Shown: positions 62,429 to 64,000 of the stretch, piece by piece
Layout: every line of letters begins with the position of its first letter
How positions within the stretch are numbered: position 1 is the stretch's first letter
Assembly (NCBI GenBank): GCA_035527455.1
Contig: DATLAN010000080.1
Span: forward strand, 1,425-65,424
Direction: 5' to 3'
DNA: 64,000 nucleotides
Source: Thermoguttaceae bacterium
GTDB taxonomy: Bacteria; Planctomycetota; Planctomycetia; Pirellulales; Thermoguttaceae
Program-made: the position numbers and the translations under genes
Notes under the pieces: model-generated
The model's database searches: none
Seen by the model: the letters and a program-made list of their open reading frames with translations, nothing else
Told to the model about the DNA's origin: nothing

Positions 62429-64000
62429 TCAGATGAACAGGTTGACGTTGCCGGCCTCGGCCTGGCCTAAGTACATGGCCACGCCGCCTTCTTCCACGCC
62501 GTCGATGAGTTCTTCGCGGCGGATGCCCATCAGGTCCATGCTCATCGAACAGGCGACCAGACGCACGCCGGCCTCCTGCGCCGTTTGGATCAGCTTGGGC
62601 AACGGATCGACGCCCTTGCTGCGCATGATGCCTTTGATCATCGCCGCGCCCAGCCCGCCCATGTTCATCTTCGAGAGTTTCAGCTTGTTGGGCCCGCGGG
62701 GCATCATCCGGCCGAACATCCGCTCGACGAGGTTCTTCGATACCGACACCTTCTGGTCTTTGCGCAGCACGTTGAGGCCCCAAAACGTGAAGAACATCGT
62801 CACCTTGCTGCCCATGGCGGCGGCTCCGTTGGCGATGATGAAACCGGCCAGCGCCTTGTCCAGGTCGCCACTGAAAACCACGACGGTCTTGTTCTTGGAC
62901 AGCTCGCTCGGGCCGGTCGCCGGGGCGGCGGTGGCGGCGGGGCGGGCCCGCTTGGCGATCGTCGCCCGGCAGGCCCCCTCCTCGGGCACGACGCTCAGGA
63001 GTTGATGCCCGGTGCTTTCGCACCATGCCACCACGTCGTTGGGAAAGCCCGGATCGGCGACCAGAATGCTGACGGCCTGGTTCTCGCCGACGCCTTCCAA
63101 TTCGGCGCGGAGTTGCATGATCGGGCCGGGACACTGCAACCCTCGGGCGTCGATCTCCTTGACGACCTCGGCCGGCGGAGCGTCGGTTTCGGCCGGCTGC
63201 GGAGCCTGCTGGCCGGTATCGTCGGTGACTTCCTTTACTGCCCCGTCGCCGTTGGAGGAAATCGCCCGGGCGGCACGGTAGGTCTTGTAACCGCCGGTCA
63301 GGTTGCGGCAGCGAAAGCCGTGCTGGGTGAGGATCCGGCAGGCGAGATACCCGCGCAGGCCGACCTGGCAGAACGCGAGGATTTCCCTGTCGCGGGGCAG
63401 CTCGTCGAGCCGGTCGCGCAGGTCGTCGAGCGGGACGTTCTTCGCCCCGGGGATGGTGCCCGACTCGAGTTCCTTCACGTCGCGGACGTCCAGCAGCAGT
63501 TGGTCTTCGGCCGGGTCGGTGACATCTTCGACGTGGCAGAGCTTCACCAGCCCGTCGAGCACGTTCGACGCCACCAGCCCGGCGTAATTCACCGGATCCT
63601 TGGCCGAACCATAGGGCGGGGCATAGGAAAGTTCGAGCCGGGCCAGATCGCGGACGGTCAGGCCGGCCTGCAACGCCGTGGCCAGGACGTCGATCCGCTT
63701 GTCGACCCCGTCGGCGCCGACCGCCTGCGTGCCGAGGATCTTGCCGTTGCCCGGATCGAACAGCAGCTTGAGGCTGATTGGCATCGCGCCGGGATAGTAG
63801 CCGGCGTGGCTGGAGGGATGGATGTAGATCTTCTCGTAGGCGGCACCGGCCTGTTTCAACGCCCTTTCGCTCATCCCGGTCATGCCGATCGCCAGATCGA
63901 AGACCTTGCAGATGGCCGTGCCCTGGCTGAAACCATAGACGCTCTCTCCGCCCAGGACGTTGTCGGCGGCGATGCGGCCTTGGCGATTGGCCGGGCCGGC
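62429..64000 (-). CDS. CoA-disulfide/persulfide reductase-like flavoprotein fused to rhodanese, TusA-like and DsrE-like domains (N-terminus beyond window)
   Basis: The frame stays open from 63883 to the window edge (AGPANRQGRIAADNVLGG.. is the pyridine-nucleotide disulfide oxidoreductase core). Rhodanese active site CQVGLR, TusA motif LQCPGPIM, and a DsrE-like tail (VVVFSGDLDKALAGFIIANGAAAMG..LVACSMSMDLMG). Confidence 0.85.
   Translation of the reverse strand, partial: AGPANRQGRIAADNVLGGESVYGFSQGTAICKVFDLAIGMTGMSERALKQAGAAYEKIYIHPSSHAGYYPGAMPISLKLLFDPGNGKILGTQAVGADGVDKRIDVLATALQAGLTVRDLARLELSYAPPYGSAKDPVNYAGLVASNVLDGLVKLCHVEDVTDPAEDQLLLDVRDVKELESGTIPGAKNVPLDDLRDRLDELPRDREILAFCQVGLRGYLACRILTQHGFRCRNLTGGYKTYRAARAISSNGDGAVKEVTDDTGQQAPQPAETDAPPAEVVKEIDARGLQCPGPIMQLRAELEGVGENQAVSILVADPGFPNDVVAWCESTGHQLLSVVPEEGACRATIAKRARPAATAAPATGPSELSKNKTVVVFSGDLDKALAGFIIANGAAAMGSKVTMFFTFWGLNVLRKDQKVSVSKNLVERMFGRMMPRGPNKLKLSKMNMGGLGAAMIKGIMRSKGVDPLPKLIQTAQEAGVRLVACSMSMDLMGIRREELIDGVEEGGVAMYLGQAEAGNVNLFI

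Overview
High-GC chromosomal segment (about 60-65% by eye). The gene content looks planctomycetal (Pirellulales-like): DUF1570, DUF1598, DUF4254, a 1736-aa multi-haem/LamG/propeller protein, tandem clpP genes and a Tad/Flp pilus locus. About 50 protein genes and one tRNA-Gly(GCC) are supportable. Recognisable core genes are hldE, purM, glgX, a YgiQ-type radical SAM gene, a GT9 heptosyltransferase, tRNA-Gly-tig-clpP-clpP, purD, a MATE pump, a Gfo/Idh/MocA oxidoreductase and csrA. The region 42.4-55.5 kb is a Tad locus. It holds a domain-less sigma-54 activator, then flp-cpaA-tadE-cpaB-tadG-cpaF-tadB-tadC, and a convergent cpaC-lipoprotein-TPR operon. The most unusual observations are these. (1) An ArsM-like methyltransferase has an in-frame UGA at the conserved Cys position, followed by a GGUC-loop hairpin, which makes it a candidate selenoprotein. 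(2) At least five families of intergenic 'hairpin-of-hairpins' (REPIN/MITE-like) repeats give about 17 copies, which often abut or supply stop codons and punctuate the tad operon. (3) Heptamer and decamer tandem arrays sit at gene ends, and several form inverted pairs that bracket a gene or an intergenic region. (4) Several odd proteins occur: a cytochrome c'-like lipoprotein on a ~144-aa (EPx)n stalk, a long Flp-like pilin, a degenerate third ClpP paralog, and a CoADR-rhodanese-TusA-DsrE fusion. I do not see a convincing novel multi-gene defence or secretion cassette. I also see no CRISPR array, transposase, integrase or rRNA. All family names come from my own motif recognition, and no searches were run. 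Many long ORFs in the track are antisense GC shadows or N-terminal over-extensions, so they were dropped or trimmed.
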